A DNA stretch of 30,389 nt from an uncultured Chroococcidiopsis sp. (GCA_964248365.1 CAXTYC010000020.1:1-30389); one strand, 5' to 3'. Shown: positions 1-10,133, counted from the stretch's first letter. Numbers and translations: made by a program. The notes: generated by a model not told the origin, from the sequence alone.

Positions 1-100
1 ACAGTGGCAGGTTGGGCAAGATGGCAGAGCTTCCGGCATGAGTCAACGCGCCAATTATAGTTCACTATTCTCATCTTATCCTTTCCTTTTGAGGACTACC
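1..100 (-). mobile_element. Probable left end of an IS1-family insertion sequence (runs off the window edge)
   Basis: The minus strand from 100 reads GGTAGTCCTCAAAAG..., an IS1-like GGTAGT terminus. A TATAAT follows, then an ATG at 39 giving MPEALPSCPTCHC, a CxxC zinc-ribbon start like InsA. Only 13 codons are visible. Confidence 0.55.
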
Positions 101-101
101 C

Positions 102-191
102 CAGCGAATTCAAGAAGAATATAACACGATGAAAGATGTAGCCACTGCTTATTACGAACTTTTGAAGGATAGCAGAAATACTGAGGTTTAA
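102..191 (+). pseudogene. Orphan 3' fragment of a gene, resembling a GT4 glycosyltransferase C-terminal helix
   Basis: Reads QRIQEEYNTMKDVATAYYELLKDSRNTEV* and starts right at the putative IS terminus. It resembles the 'rqrieeeysw..va..y.ely' end of GT-B enzymes. Confidence 0.4.
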
Positions 192-209
192 ACAAAAATC
201 AGTTGACTG

Positions 210-291
210 ATAAGCTATTGCATATAAAAATTGCCTCTTGCCTCTTGCCTCTTGCCCTATCATCACTAAAAATTAAATGTACATCAGCTGA
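210..291. repeat. Degenerate MITE-like element with internal TTGCCTC heptamer repeats
   Basis: Imperfect inverted ends (ATAAGCTATTGCATATAAAAATT / AATTAAATGTACATCAGCTGAT) enclose (TTGCCTC)3. Confidence 0.4.
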
Positions 292-312
292 TAAAGCTAC
301 CAAGATAATTCC

Positions 313-744
313 TTATTTGCCGATGTCTTCATTCCACAACTGAGGATTTTTTTGAATAAAATCGCTCATTAGCTGTTTGCATTCATCCAGGTTTAAATCA
401 ACTACTTCAACGCCGTGAGATTCCATAAATTCTTTTGCACCTGGGAAGGTTTGAGATTCACCTGCGATCACTTTTTTGATGCCAAACTGAACTACTGCCC
501 CAGCGCAGAGATAACAAGGCATTAATGTAGAATAGAGGGTTGTATCTTTGTAATTGCCAATTCTACCAGCATTACGGAGGCAATCAATTTCTGCATGGGT
601 GACAGGATCGCCATCTTGTACACGCTTGTTATGTCCTCTACCAAGAATATTGCCATCTTTGACCAAAACCGAACCGATGGGAATTCCGCCTTCTTGATAT
701 CCTTGTTTAGCCTGGGCGATCGCAGCTGCCATAAACTCATCCAT
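313..744 (-). CDS. Nucleoside/cytosine deaminase (zinc-dependent, cytidine deaminase fold)
   Basis: HAEIDC and PCYLC zinc motifs; similar to yeast-type cytosine deaminase. Start taken at MDEFM (744); an upstream ATG exists at 759. Confidence 0.9.
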   Translation of the reverse strand: MDEFMAAAIAQAKQGYQEGGIPIGSVLVKDGNILGRGHNKRVQDGDPVTHAEIDCLRNAGRIGNYKDTTLYSTLMPCYLCAGAVVQFGIKKVIAGESQTFPGAKEFMESHGVEVVDLNLDECKQLMSDFIQKNPQLWNEDIGK

Positions 745-773
745 ATATAATTCTCCCATCTAATATCTAAAAA

Positions 774-835
774 GTACGGGCGGGTTCACCAGCCATCCCT
801 GACTCCAACAAATATTTTAGGTGAACCCTTGCTAC
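774..835. repeat. REP/REPIN-like inverted repeat pair
   Basis: GTACGGGCGGGTTCACC ... GGTGAACCCTTGCTAC, an imperfect inverted repeat in the short divergent intergenic region. Confidence 0.6.
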
Positions 836-868
836 GACTCCTAATTTTTGACTTTTGACTTCCTTACT

Positions 869-1792
869 ATGTCTAAACAACTCGTGCTGATGGATCACGA
901 TGGCGGTGTTGATGATTACCTGGCAACTATGTTGCTGATGACGATGGATCATATTGAATGTTTAGGTGTCGTCGTCACTCCGGCTGATTGTTATATTCAG
1001 CCTGCACTTAGCGCCACACGCAAAATTTTGGATTTGATGGGTTGTTCTCATATTCGAGTTGCCGAAAGTACGGTGCGTGGTATTAATCCTTTTCCTCGTC
1101 TCTACCGTCGTGATTCGTTTATTGTCGATCATCTCCCCATTCTCAATCAGAATGACACGATTCGCACACCTTTGGTTGCCCAAACTGGTCAAGAGTTTAT
1201 GGTACAGGTGTTGCGTGATGCTCCCCAACAAGTGACACTGATGGTAACTGGACCATTGACGACGGTAGCAACTGCTTTGGATATAGCACCGGAGATTGAA
1301 GCGAAGATTTCACGAATTGTGTGGATGGGGGGTGCGCTGAATGTTCCTGGTAATGTGGAAAAAAGCCTCGAGGCGGGACAAGATGGTTCAGCCGAGTGGA
1401 ATGTATATTGGGACCCTTTGGCAGCTGCACGGGTGTGGCGATCGCAAATAGCGATCGTGATGTGTCCTTTGGATCTAACTAACAACGTCCCTGTTACTTC
1501 AGACATTGTATACCAGATGGGCAAACAGCGCAAGTATCCTTTATCAGATTTAGCAGGGCAGTGTTATGCACTTGCCATTCCGCAAGATTATTATTTTTGG
1601 GATGTGCTGGCAACGGCTTATCTGGCACACCCAGAATTCTATCAGCTAACCCAGTGGGAAACGGCGATCGTTACAACTGGTCTTAGCCAAGGACGTACCA
1701 AAATAGAAACGGTCGGTCGTAAAATTCAAGCAATGGATCAGGTAGATAAGTCGAGCTTTTACACTTATATTTTGCAGCAATGGGCGCGGTGA
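869..1792 (+). CDS. Inosine/uridine-preferring nucleoside hydrolase
   Basis: N-terminal DHDGGVDD motif, TGPLT, MGGA, AEWNVYWDP and WD motifs. ATG start at 869. Confidence 0.93.
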   Translation: MSKQLVLMDHDGGVDDYLATMLLMTMDHIECLGVVVTPADCYIQPALSATRKILDLMGCSHIRVAESTVRGINPFPRLYRRDSFIVDHLPILNQNDTIRTPLVAQTGQEFMVQVLRDAPQQVTLMVTGPLTTVATALDIAPEIEAKISRIVWMGGALNVPGNVEKSLEAGQDGSAEWNVYWDPLAAARVWRSQIAIVMCPLDLTNNVPVTSDIVYQMGKQRKYPLSDLAGQCYALAIPQDYYFWDVLATAYLAHPEFYQLTQWETAIVTTGLSQGRTKIETVGRKIQAMDQVDKSSFYTYILQQWAR

Positions 1793-2326
1793 GTAGGGGT
1801 GAGGGGCGCGCGTGAGGACAAGGGGATAGGGACAGGGACAAGGTGAGTAATTACTTTAAGCTTCCCCCTCTCTCCAAGTCTTCCCCTCCCCTTGTCCAAT
1901 TCTTGCCCCTAGCCTCTAGCCCCTTGCCTTAAATCTTTGTAACTTTTTGTCAAGGGCTTTGCTATCTGTCTTCACCAAACGAGCCTAGTTTTAACATGGA
2001 AATACAATTAGCCTATGTTTATACTAGCTACAGTAAATTCTTATTAAGAAATATATATATATCTTGCATCTGCTGAGCAGAAAATTTCATAATTAACCCT
2101 GGTAGAATACAGGTTTTAGTTGCCTGCCAAAGAGGGTTTTAGGGCGTTTAGCCGATAGATATGACGATCGCTAGTAACTAATGGAAAGCAAAGTAGTGCT
2201 GTTAATAGAGGGTGCTGCCTGGTAATAATTGGGCAGAGCGGGGAGGAGTGAGAAATTAATAATATTCTGCCGTAGTTTTCAGCAGTTGCGGTAAAATTTG
2301 TTGCATAAAAGCCAGGAGCAATTGAA

Positions 2327-2947
2327 ATGATCGGTTTTATCAAAAAGTTATTTAGTGGGATTCTATCTTTTTTGTTTGGGTTGTTTGCAGGCAGGAAATC
2401 TGAGGCACAACTTGCGCCCAGCAATGCCAAAGGGAAGAAAAGCAAAGGCTTCTTCATGGAGTTGAATGAAGATGACGAAAATCCGCTAGCCAAAGGTAAG
2501 CAAGCAGTCAAAGCCGAACTTAATCAGGCAGCTGATAAGACAAAAGAAGCAGTTGATAAGACAAAAGAATTAGTAGCAGCAGCAACTAAACCAGTCAAAG
2601 CAGAGTCTGCCAAAGCGACATCACAGCCAGCTAAACCAGAATCTGCCAAAGCTAAACCAGAACCTGCCTCTACAACCAAAAGCACTGCAAATAGTCAACC
2701 AGCCAAAACTGAAGCAACTGCAAACAATCCAGCAGCCAAAGTTGAGCTAGTGCAAACAGCCGAAGGAGTCAAGGCTGAACCTGCCAAATCGACAAAAGCA
2801 TCATCAGCAAGTGCTAACAGTCAAACTGAAACAACGTTTGCTCCCAAATATCTCGCGCCTTCTGCCAGTACTAACGGTCGTCGTCGTCCAGGACCAAATA
2901 TGAACACTTTTCTGGATATGGCACGTCAAGTTAAAACTCCTGGCTAG
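2327..2947 (+). CDS. Cyanobacterial hypothetical protein with Ala/Lys/Pro-rich low-complexity middle
   Basis: AGGAG RBS, hydrophobic N-terminus, and C-terminal TFAPKYL...RRRPGPNM..FLDMARQV motif recalled from cyanobacterial hypotheticals. Confidence 0.8.
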   Translation: MIGFIKKLFSGILSFLFGLFAGRKSEAQLAPSNAKGKKSKGFFMELNEDDENPLAKGKQAVKAELNQAADKTKEAVDKTKELVAAATKPVKAESAKATSQPAKPESAKAKPEPASTTKSTANSQPAKTEATANNPAAKVELVQTAEGVKAEPAKSTKASSASANSQTETTFAPKYLAPSASTNGRRRPGPNMNTFLDMARQVKTPG

Positions 2948-2948
2948 A

Positions 2949-3010
2949 ACTAGTGGCTGGTGGCTGGTGGAACCAGTGGCTAGAAAAAAACTAGTCACTG
3001 GTTCCACTAG
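2949..3010. terminator. Repeat-derived hairpin between convergent genes, possible terminator
   Basis: GTGGAACCAGTGGCTAG-AAAAAAA-CTAGTCACTGGTTCCAC stem. The same AGTGGAACC unit is tandemly repeated at ~29385-29420. Confidence 0.5.
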
Positions 3011-4089
3011 TCACTTATCACTTTTAAGAAGGCTAGCCCACTATAGAGATGAAAAGCCCAGTCCCCAGGAGTCTCATCTGTGCGAAGCAGGTGAATGTGA
3101 GACTGGAAATCACCAAGGGAATCAATTTGCTCTAACGCTGTCTGGGCAAACGGTGTGAAATCTGACCAAATTGCCCCAGGGTGATGTTTGTCAAGAAAAC
3201 CGATTAAATGATTCCAGTTAATTCTCGTCGTCATCTGGCTGCTTGGTAGGTTCTGCTGGTCAGAAAGCATCATGCCATGATGAAATTGATATGAGCGATC
3301 GCACCTGAGTATACAATTCCTATTAGTCAGGTGTAGATCGCAAAATTGAGCATAGTCTTGGGTTTGGGTTTTACGCTCTAACCTGCCTCGCACATTAAGA
3401 TCTACTACTTGCTCAAAAATTGGCAATAGTCCAGTTACACGTTGCGAGACTTCTGACCAGTTGAATGTAAGAGAACCCTTTTGACCTTGTTCATTTTGGC
3501 AAATAACAGTGGCTTCTGGGGTGGCTGACTGAAAATACTTAACTTGAAAAACACGGATTTTCTGAATTTGGGCGAGGGTTGCCCAAAAACAAGGAACACC
3601 CGATTTGCATAGATGCTGACCCAAAAAACGCAGTTCTCCAATCGCCCCAGTTCGATACAGCCGCCAGCTGCGACTTGGTAGCACAAGTCGGGCTGTATAG
3701 GAATCTATCTGCATAATTTGGGCAAACTTTTGAGCAGCTACTGTCTTAATTTCACTGGCGACAGGTTCTAAGACTAATACGCCGATTTGGGTATCGATAG
3801 GATCAGCTGTAGCTTGAGCAAGGGCTTGTTGTCGCTGCTGTTTAAGCAGAACTTCTACTCGCTGCCAACCCTGACGCGCTTGAGCCACAATCTTGTTATT
3901 AATTGTATGACGTAGCAGTTGCTGATAAATATTTGCTGCTGCTTCGAGATTGCCAGATACTTCATGCAGTTGTCCGCAGTAAAATTGTACCCAAGGGTCT
4001 TGGGGTGAATCTTTTAGTAGCTGTTGCAAAACTTTTGCAGCGGTTTCATAGTCTTGGCATTCAAAGGCAGCAGCAACGCGGCTTAGCAT
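3007..4089 (-). CDS. Tetratricopeptide-repeat (N-terminal) cyanobacterial protein
   Basis: 360 aa ORF with TPR-like helices in the first ~80 aa. Confidence 0.8.
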   Translation of the reverse strand: MLSRVAAAFECQDYETAAKVLQQLLKDSPQDPWVQFYCGQLHEVSGNLEAAANIYQQLLRHTINNKIVAQARQGWQRVEVLLKQQRQQALAQATADPIDTQIGVLVLEPVASEIKTVAAQKFAQIMQIDSYTARLVLPSRSWRLYRTGAIGELRFLGQHLCKSGVPCFWATLAQIQKIRVFQVKYFQSATPEATVICQNEQGQKGSLTFNWSEVSQRVTGLLPIFEQVVDLNVRGRLERKTQTQDYAQFCDLHLTNRNCILRCDRSYQFHHGMMLSDQQNLPSSQMTTRINWNHLIGFLDKHHPGAIWSDFTPFAQTALEQIDSLGDFQSHIHLLRTDETPGDWAFHLYSGLAFLKVISD

Positions 4090-4209
4090 GGCTGTAACTT
4101 AGGGGTGTTCGAGCTTGGGGGTTAAGGAGACAAGCGAAGATAATTACCAATTAATCAACTTAAGTGGCTGGTAAAAATTGACCAATTTACGTATAATAAC
4201 CTAACATAT

Positions 4210-4929
4210 TTAGTCTTCAAATGCAGTAGCTGCAACGGACACTGCAACAATTGGGGCTGTGACTGCTCTTAAGATGCGGCGACCGAGAGAAACAGGTTGG
4301 AATCCTATGGCGATCGCTTCCTTAACTTCAGTTTCAGTCCATCCACCTTCTGGACCAGTGGCAATTACAATTGTTTGTCCTAGCTCTTTTAAGCAATCTC
4401 TTAAATGGGGAGAGTCACCCCTCGCAACACAGATATATTGCTGGTTGATGTCAGAAGTATTACTAATGACAGATGACAAACGGGTGATAAAAGGAACTGG
4501 TTCTAAAATTGTTGGTACGATTTGACGTTCAGATTGTTCAGCTGCTTCGGTTGCAATGCGCCGCCAACGTTCCAATTTCTGCAAACTAGGATTGAGTAAA
4601 GTGCGATCGCTCATCACTGGGGCAATACAACTTACCCCTAACTCAGTACATCCGCGTACTACTTCATCAAATCCATTGCCTCTGGGCAAGGCAGCAATTA
4701 GCGTAATTGATACGGGTAACTCGGTTTGAATCGAAATTGGTTCTAAGATTTGTGCTTTTTCTCCCATTTGGGCTAACCACCAATGCCCAAGACCATCCAT
4801 AGCAATAAAGCGATCACCCTCCCGCAACCGTAACACTCGGCTTAGGTAATGGTGTTGCCCAGTCGTTAGTAATATCTGTTGGTCTTGGATTTGAGAGGGG
4901 GCGATCGCTAGTCTTTGCAGCTGAGGCAT
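4210..4929 (-). CDS. rsmE: 16S rRNA m3U1498 methyltransferase
   Basis: HYLSRVLRL, TELGV, EAAEQSER, GPEGGW and LGRRILRAVTA motifs. Confidence 0.95.
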   Translation of the reverse strand: MPQLQRLAIAPSQIQDQQILLTTGQHHYLSRVLRLREGDRFIAMDGLGHWWLAQMGEKAQILEPISIQTELPVSITLIAALPRGNGFDEVVRGCTELGVSCIAPVMSDRTLLNPSLQKLERWRRIATEAAEQSERQIVPTILEPVPFITRLSSVISNTSDINQQYICVARGDSPHLRDCLKELGQTIVIATGPEGGWTETEVKEAIAIGFQPVSLGRRILRAVTAPIVAVSVAATAFED

Positions 4930-4958
4930 GATTTTGGATTTGTGTCACGCAAAGACGA

Positions 4959-5001
4959 GGACACTTGCGTGCGGGGGTTCCCCCGCCCACGCAAAGTGTC
5001 C
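4959..5001. repeat. Short dispersed palindromic repeat (SDR-like hairpin)
   Basis: GGACACTTGCGTG-CGGGGG-TT-CCCCCG-CC-CACGCAAAGTGTCC, set among GCAAAG repeats between sir and rsmE. Confidence 0.65.
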
Positions 5002-5033
5002 GGTGCAAAGGTGCAAAGATATAAAAGGGGTGG

Positions 5034-7070
5034 TTATGAGAGGTTTTTTAGGTAGGTTTCTATTGCCTCGTTAACTAATTGTGTCATAGATTTGCCTTGG
5101 CTAGCGGCGGTTTCTTTTAGTCGTTGATAAACTCGGTCTTGAAGGGTAACACGGCGGCGGTTCTTACTAGCGGCTGTGGTTGTGTTGGCGATCGCTACTA
5201 CTTGACCGTTACTTTCGTCTGTAATCTCTGCGGTAGTAGAGTCTGCCATTGCTTCTATTAGACCGTCACTGTCGTCTGTGATCTCTGCCGCCTCAGTGAT
5301 TTCGGATTCATAGTTAGCGGCGAAATCACGAATTGCATCGAAGCCTATCCTCGTGCAAAAGTCACCAAAAGTTTCCCCAGCGTCGCGCGATCGCTTAAAA
5401 TAGACAAATATCGGTTCTAGTTGGGTTTCTAGGTCGTTAATATGCATCCGCTCCATGTATGGTAATGCCAGTCTAGTTTGATTGGCTGAACCTCCTAGCC
5501 ATACTTGGTAAGAATCAGGGGCGCTGCCTACAAAGCCTAATTCTGCCATGTAAGGTCTAGCACAACCGTTCGGGCAACCAGTCATTCTCACGACAAAATG
5601 TTCTTGCTCTAAGCCTACTTTATCTAGCAATGCTTCAATTCGCTTCAGGACACCTGGCATTGCTCGTTCTGATTCGGTAGTTGCCAAGCCACAGGTTGGT
5701 AAGGCTGGGCAAGCCATAGAATAGCGTACTAAGGGGTTGATGGCATTTGGGTCGATTTGAACGCCGTTGCTAGTTAGAATCTGCGCGATCGCTTGTTGCT
5801 TTTCTGGTTCTATGTCGTAGAAAATGACATTGTGGTGAGGTGTTAGGCGGATTGGTAAGTTAAACTGTTGGACAATTTCTCGCAGTGCCGTTCTTAGTTG
5901 GAATGATCCTTCATCTTTGACTCGACCATTTTCTACTGATATCCCCAAGAAAAGTTTGCCGTCTCCCTGTTCGTGCCAACCTAGAAAGTCTTCATACTTC
6001 CATTCGGGCAACGGTTTGAAGGGTTCTAGGGGTTTACCAAAGTATTTTTCTACTATGGAGCGGAATTTGTCAACACCCCAGTCATGGATTAGGTATTTCA
6101 ACCGAGCGTGACGGCGGTCTGTGCGATCGCCATAATCCCGTTGGGTTGCTACAATTGCTTTAATTAAGTCATAAACATCATCTTTTGCAACATAGCAAAT
6201 CGGATCAGCTAGCCGTGCAAAAGTTTCCTCTTTGTTGTGTGTCCGTCCCAAACCGCCGCCAGCAAAGACATCAAAGCCTTCTAGTTCTTGCTGATCGTTG
6301 GTAATCACAACCAGTGTAAGATCTTGGGAATACAAATCAATCGAGTTATCTCCAGGTACTGTTACACAGACCTTGAACTTACGCGGCATATAGTAAGTGC
6401 CGTAAATTGGTTCTGGGCTGTCATGAATGATTGTGCCAGTACCGTTTTTCTGTCTTGCTGCGACTACGTCGGGGTTTTCTTGGGCGCTAATTGCTTTTTC
6501 CCCATCTAGCCAAATTTCGTAGTAAGCACCAGTTTGCGGCGTTAGCAACTGGGCAATATTATCAGCGTATTCCCACGCGTACTGATACTCACGTTTATTT
6601 TTGAATGGAGCTGGGGGAGCCATAACATTGCGGTTTACATCACCACACGCTCCCAACGTCGAACCCATGCTATTGATGATAGATGCGATCGCGCTTTTTA
6701 GATTTTTCTTCAAAATCCCATGCAGCTGAAAGCCCTGTCTCGTGGTGGCTCGTAACGTCTGATTGCCATATTCCCCAGACAACTTATCCAACGTCAGATA
6801 CAACTGGGGCGGCACAAATCCACCTGGATTTCTAGTTCGCAGCATGAATTGGTAGTCTTTCTCCTGCCCCTTCACCCGATTGTCTCGGTTATCCTGCTGA
6901 TAGGAGCCGTGAAACTTGAGAATTTGAATTGCGTCTTCGGTAAAATATGTTGTATCTTGAAGGATCTCTGTAGCGACAGGCTCACGTAAAAAATTACTGC
7001 GTTCCTTGAGTCCTTCTACCTTGGAAGGCTTGCGAGTTGCGGGAGTGGGAGGAGTCGAAGATTTAACCAT
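5034..7070 (-). CDS. sir: Ferredoxin-dependent sulfite reductase with C-terminal RHH-like extension
   Basis: [38 protein letters not shown] and TGCPNGC siroheme/4Fe-4S motifs. Confidence 0.97.
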   Translation of the reverse strand: MVKSSTPPTPATRKPSKVEGLKERSNFLREPVATEILQDTTYFTEDAIQILKFHGSYQQDNRDNRVKGQEKDYQFMLRTRNPGGFVPPQLYLTLDKLSGEYGNQTLRATTRQGFQLHGILKKNLKSAIASIINSMGSTLGACGDVNRNVMAPPAPFKNKREYQYAWEYADNIAQLLTPQTGAYYEIWLDGEKAISAQENPDVVAARQKNGTGTIIHDSPEPIYGTYYMPRKFKVCVTVPGDNSIDLYSQDLTLVVITNDQQELEGFDVFAGGGLGRTHNKEETFARLADPICYVAKDDVYDLIKAIVATQRDYGDRTDRRHARLKYLIHDWGVDKFRSIVEKYFGKPLEPFKPLPEWKYEDFLGWHEQGDGKLFLGISVENGRVKDEGSFQLRTALREIVQQFNLPIRLTPHHNVIFYDIEPEKQQAIAQILTSNGVQIDPNAINPLVRYSMACPALPTCGLATTESERAMPGVLKRIEALLDKVGLEQEHFVVRMTGCPNGCARPYMAELGFVGSAPDSYQVWLGGSANQTRLALPYMERMHINDLETQLEPIFVYFKRSRDAGETFGDFCTRIGFDAIRDFAANYESEITEAAEITDDSDGLIEAMADSTTAEITDESNGQVVAIANTTTAASKNRRRVTLQDRVYQRLKETAASQGKSMTQLVNEAIETYLKNLS

Positions 7071-7146
7071 TTCAGTTTAAAGAAATTTCCACCAGATATA
7101 TATTTATCACTGCCGCCTGGTAAATCAGTAACACCCCAGCGGCTGA

Positions 7147-7175
7147 ATAATCCCCAGTAAATCCGTCGGTATTAT
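7147..7175. promoter_or_regulatory. Imperfect palindrome upstream of sir, candidate operator
   Basis: ATAATCCCCAGTAAATCCGTCGGTATTAT (arms ATAATnCCnA), 77 bp upstream of the sir start. Confidence 0.4.
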
Positions 7176-7329
7176 GAGGAATATATGAACAGTTTGATTT
7201 TAACACGATATAAAAAGCCCATGTTTGCCACTGTAACAACAGTCAACAACCGCTGTTTGAACAGCAGAGGGGCGCAAGGGGCAGAGGAGATCCAGAAGAA
7301 AATCTAATCCAAGGCTCCGAAATCTAAAA

Positions 7330-7369
7330 TCCCCTTTCCCCTTTCCCTTTTCCCTTTTCCCTTTACCCT
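7330..7369. repeat. STRR heptamer tract (TCCCTTT-type)
   Basis: Five to six tandem imperfect 7-mers. Confidence 0.8.
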
Positions 7370-7376
7370 CGCCCCA

Positions 7377-7847
7377 CTAGCTCAACCGTGCTGTACATTC
7401 CAAAATCAACCTTTGATTCTCCAATGCATAAGGTTGAATTTCCAAAGCTTTTCGGAAAGCATGGATAGCATCTGTATAGTTTTCCAGTGCTGCATGGCAT
7501 AAACCTATACCATGCAACGCCCCGAAATGAATCGGATTGAGTTTGACAACTATTTCGCAGTCATCCAAAGACTTTTGATACTCTCCTATTACGTAGTAAA
7601 GTACAGCTCGTCTATTCCAGGCTTCTACAAAATCTGGTTGGTCGTTGATGAGTTCTGTCAGCAGTGCTTCAGCTTCTGTGATTTTTCCCGCTATTAGCAA
7701 AACCTGAGTGTGCTGCAAAATCTCCCAACCATATGCCCCCTTTTGGTAAAACCAACGCCGCCACAATTCCTCTGTTGCCTGCTGACGAACCATTTCCAAA
7801 GGGCTTTTCAAGTCCTCTAATAATGAATTGATTGATGACTCTTTCAT
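7377..7847 (-). CDS. Tetratricopeptide repeat protein
   Basis: PDFVEAWNRRAVLYY and NPIHFGALHGIGLC TPR units. Confidence 0.9.
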   Translation of the reverse strand: MKESSINSLLEDLKSPLEMVRQQATEELWRRWFYQKGAYGWEILQHTQVLLIAGKITEAEALLTELINDQPDFVEAWNRRAVLYYVIGEYQKSLDDCEIVVKLNPIHFGALHGIGLCHAALENYTDAIHAFRKALEIQPYALENQRLILECTARLS

Positions 7848-7984
7848 GAATTTAATTTTCTAATTTTTGTATTATTTTTATTTTAGTTATTTATTTTATC
7901 CTGATTCAAAATAGTATAATATTGTTTTTTATTTTTAAAATAAATAGTAAGAAAAGATACATTTTTAAAGTTTAACTCTAAAGA

Positions 7985-8134
7985 TATAGCAACCCTAAAT
8001 GATTTGTGAAATCTTTCATCATGGTTGTCCTTTGTTATTTGTCCTTTGTCTGAGTGTAACTACAAATGACGCGGGACAAATGACCAAAGACGATCAAGTC
8101 TTGTGTATTTCATGAATCAAATAGGATTGCTATA
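7985..8134. mobile_element. MITE-like element, copy 1
   Basis: Ends TATAGCAACCCTAAATGATTTGTGAAA ... TTTCATGAATCAAATAGGATTGCTATA, with internal TTGTCCT/ACAAATG heptamers. A related copy lies at 14969-15102. Confidence 0.75.
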
Positions 8135-8147
8135 AGGAGGAACTCTG

Positions 8148-8224
8148 AAAAAAATGGCAGCCCGTGTATTGGCGGATCTGTTGTGTATCATGAGTTATCG
8201 AGTTTGAGGGGCTGCCATTTTTTT
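8148..8224. repeat. Perfect 16-bp inverted repeat with 45-nt loop
   Basis: AAAAAAATGGCAGCCC (8148-8163) and GGGCTGCCATTTTTTT (8209-8224). Confidence 0.8.
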
Positions 8225-8380
8225 ATGTCCTTGTACTTAGTAACTTATTTTTTCTAAAGGTTCCGTTAGAAAGCAATATGAAAAATAAATTAGCATAAAC
8301 TTAAAATATACCCAAAAGCTGTAAACTATCTATCGTTAGATATTCTGATAGCTGCACGGTCTGCCTGTTAAGAAATTGCT

Positions 8381-9295
8381 ATGAGTACTAAATCAGCCCG
8401 TTCCTATGCAATCCTCTCAATCGGCGCGGCAGTTCTGACAATTGCCCTGAAGTTTGGCGCTTACCTGCTGACGGGATCAGTTGGGTTACTATCGGATGCT
8501 CTGGAATCTGGGGTTAATTTAGCTGCTGCTCTGGTTGCATTTTGGGCGCTTGGCTTTGCTGCTAAACCCCCTGATGCAACACACGCTTTCGGACATTCTA
8601 AGGCTGAGTATTTCTCTAGTGGTCTGGAAGGTGCATTGATTTTGGTTGCAGCCGTCAGTATTAGTGTGACAGCCTGGGAACGTTTATTTCATCCCGCCCC
8701 GTTGAATGGGCTTGGACTTGGGCTTGGGCTTTCGCTAGTAGCAACCGCAGTGAATGCAGGTGTTGCCTTAGTGCTATTACGAGCAGGACGACGCTTGCGG
8801 TCAATCACCTTGCGAGCAGATGCCCACCATCTTCTAACGGACGTGTGGACTTCGGTTGGGGTGGTTTTGGGTTTGTTGTTGGTTAAATTGACAGGCGCTT
8901 TAGTGCTTGACCCTGTGATTGCCCTGCTTGTCGCAGTTAACATCGTGTGGACAGGGGTAAAACTTCTAAAAGAGACGGGATCTGGGCTGTTAGATTCGGC
9001 ACTTCCGGCGGCTGAGCAGCAAATCGTTACTGCTATATTATCCGATTACGACAACCAAGGCATTCAGTTTCACGCCTTGCGAACACGGGTAGCCGGATCG
9101 CGTCGATTCGTCACTTTTCATATTTTAGTACCTGGAGAATGGACGGTTCAGCGCGGTCATGACCTGTGCGAAGAGATAGAGTTAGCGATCGCCAAAGCGT
9201 TACCTGATACCCACGTCATGACTCATTTAGAGCCGTTGGAAGATCCCACATCATGGGACGATCAGCACTTGGAACGGACAATCGATCTAGGATAG
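8381..9295 (+). CDS. Cation diffusion facilitator family transporter (FieF-like)
   Basis: [32 protein letters not shown] and C-terminal THLEP motifs; multiple TM helices. Confidence 0.93.
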   Translation: MSTKSARSYAILSIGAAVLTIALKFGAYLLTGSVGLLSDALESGVNLAAALVAFWALGFAAKPPDATHAFGHSKAEYFSSGLEGALILVAAVSISVTAWERLFHPAPLNGLGLGLGLSLVATAVNAGVALVLLRAGRRLRSITLRADAHHLLTDVWTSVGVVLGLLLVKLTGALVLDPVIALLVAVNIVWTGVKLLKETGSGLLDSALPAAEQQIVTAILSDYDNQGIQFHALRTRVAGSRRFVTFHILVPGEWTVQRGHDLCEEIELAIAKALPDTHVMTHLEPLEDPTSWDDQHLERTIDLG

Positions 9296-9465
9296 TGCTT
9301 ATGCTCCTCCACGATCGCCCTTTGTTTTTTCAAGTGCGATCGCGCATCAGTGACAGACAATTTTTGCAACCCACTCGTCCTAAAACGCCTCTACCCGCCA
9401 GCTTAACTTAAACTAGAAAACATTACTGCTTAAAAAACATCATGTCATGCTATGGGTAATAGCTG

Positions 9466-10128
9466 ATGGTTAGTGCAATTCAAAAAAGTAATAATACGCC
9501 ATCAGATGGTGTGAGTGTACTCGAAGTTGGGTTTGTTGTTTTGCACAATGTTAGCTGGCAGACTTATCAAGCCTTGTTAGCCGACATGGGCGAACACCGA
9601 GCGACTCGACTAGCCTATGATCGCGGAATTCTTGAAATCAAGATGCCGTCAAAACTACATGAACTCATTAATCGACTTTTGGAGCGCATCATTACCACTC
9701 TGACTGAAGAATTGGGTATGAATGTCTTACCACTTGGCTCTACAACCTTCAATCGAGAGCAAGCACAAGGAGTTGAGCCTGATTCATGTTTTTACATCCA
9801 AAATAGCGATCGCGTCAATCTTGAAGATAACGAACCACCTTTAGATTTACCACCCGATCTCGTTGTCGAAGTTGACATCACAAGTTCATCGCGATCGCGT
9901 TTGAACATTTACAAAATCATGGGAGTCCCTGAAATCTGGCGCTACAATCGACAGGGCTTCGCCATTTTGCAGCTAAGCGAAGGGGAGTATGTAGAGTGCG
10001 AAAGTAGTTTGACGTTTCCTAAAATTTCAGCCCAATTTCTAACAGCATTGGTTGAACAAGGCAAACAAGCAAAGAATCAGAACGCAGTCATTCGAGAACT
10101 ACGAAATTACTTGCAAGATGGGGACTAA
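9466..10128 (+). CDS. Uma2 family putative endonuclease
   Basis: SWQTY, RLAYDRGILEI, GVEPDSCFY, PPDLVVEVD and GVPEIWRY motifs. Confidence 0.92.
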   Translation: MVSAIQKSNNTPSDGVSVLEVGFVVLHNVSWQTYQALLADMGEHRATRLAYDRGILEIKMPSKLHELINRLLERIITTLTEELGMNVLPLGSTTFNREQAQGVEPDSCFYIQNSDRVNLEDNEPPLDLPPDLVVEVDITSSSRSRLNIYKIMGVPEIWRYNRQGFAILQLSEGEYVECESSLTFPKISAQFLTALVEQGKQAKNQNAVIRELRNYLQDGD

Positions 10129-10133
10129 TAATG

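Noticed and set aside
1438..1445. Very frequent GCGATCGC octamer across the window
   Set aside because: This is HIP1, a well-known genome-wide cyanobacterial feature; used only for taxonomic inference.
313..1792. Deaminase plus nucleoside hydrolase as a possible nucleotide-depleting defence system
   Set aside because: Both look like ordinary salvage enzymes with canonical motifs, are divergently transcribed and lack defence-associated domains.
2116..2511. 131-aa minus-strand ORF
   Set aside because: Overlaps the 2327-2947 gene antisense; no protein-like features.
7111..7122. TGCCGCCTGGTA shared with the porin-glcP intergenic region (~25573)
   Set aside because: A single 12-mer match is expected by chance in 30 kb.
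9466..10128. Uma2 nuclease as the mobiliser of the island
   Set aside because: Uma2 paralogues are abundant in cyanobacteria, and the protein has no recombinase motifs.
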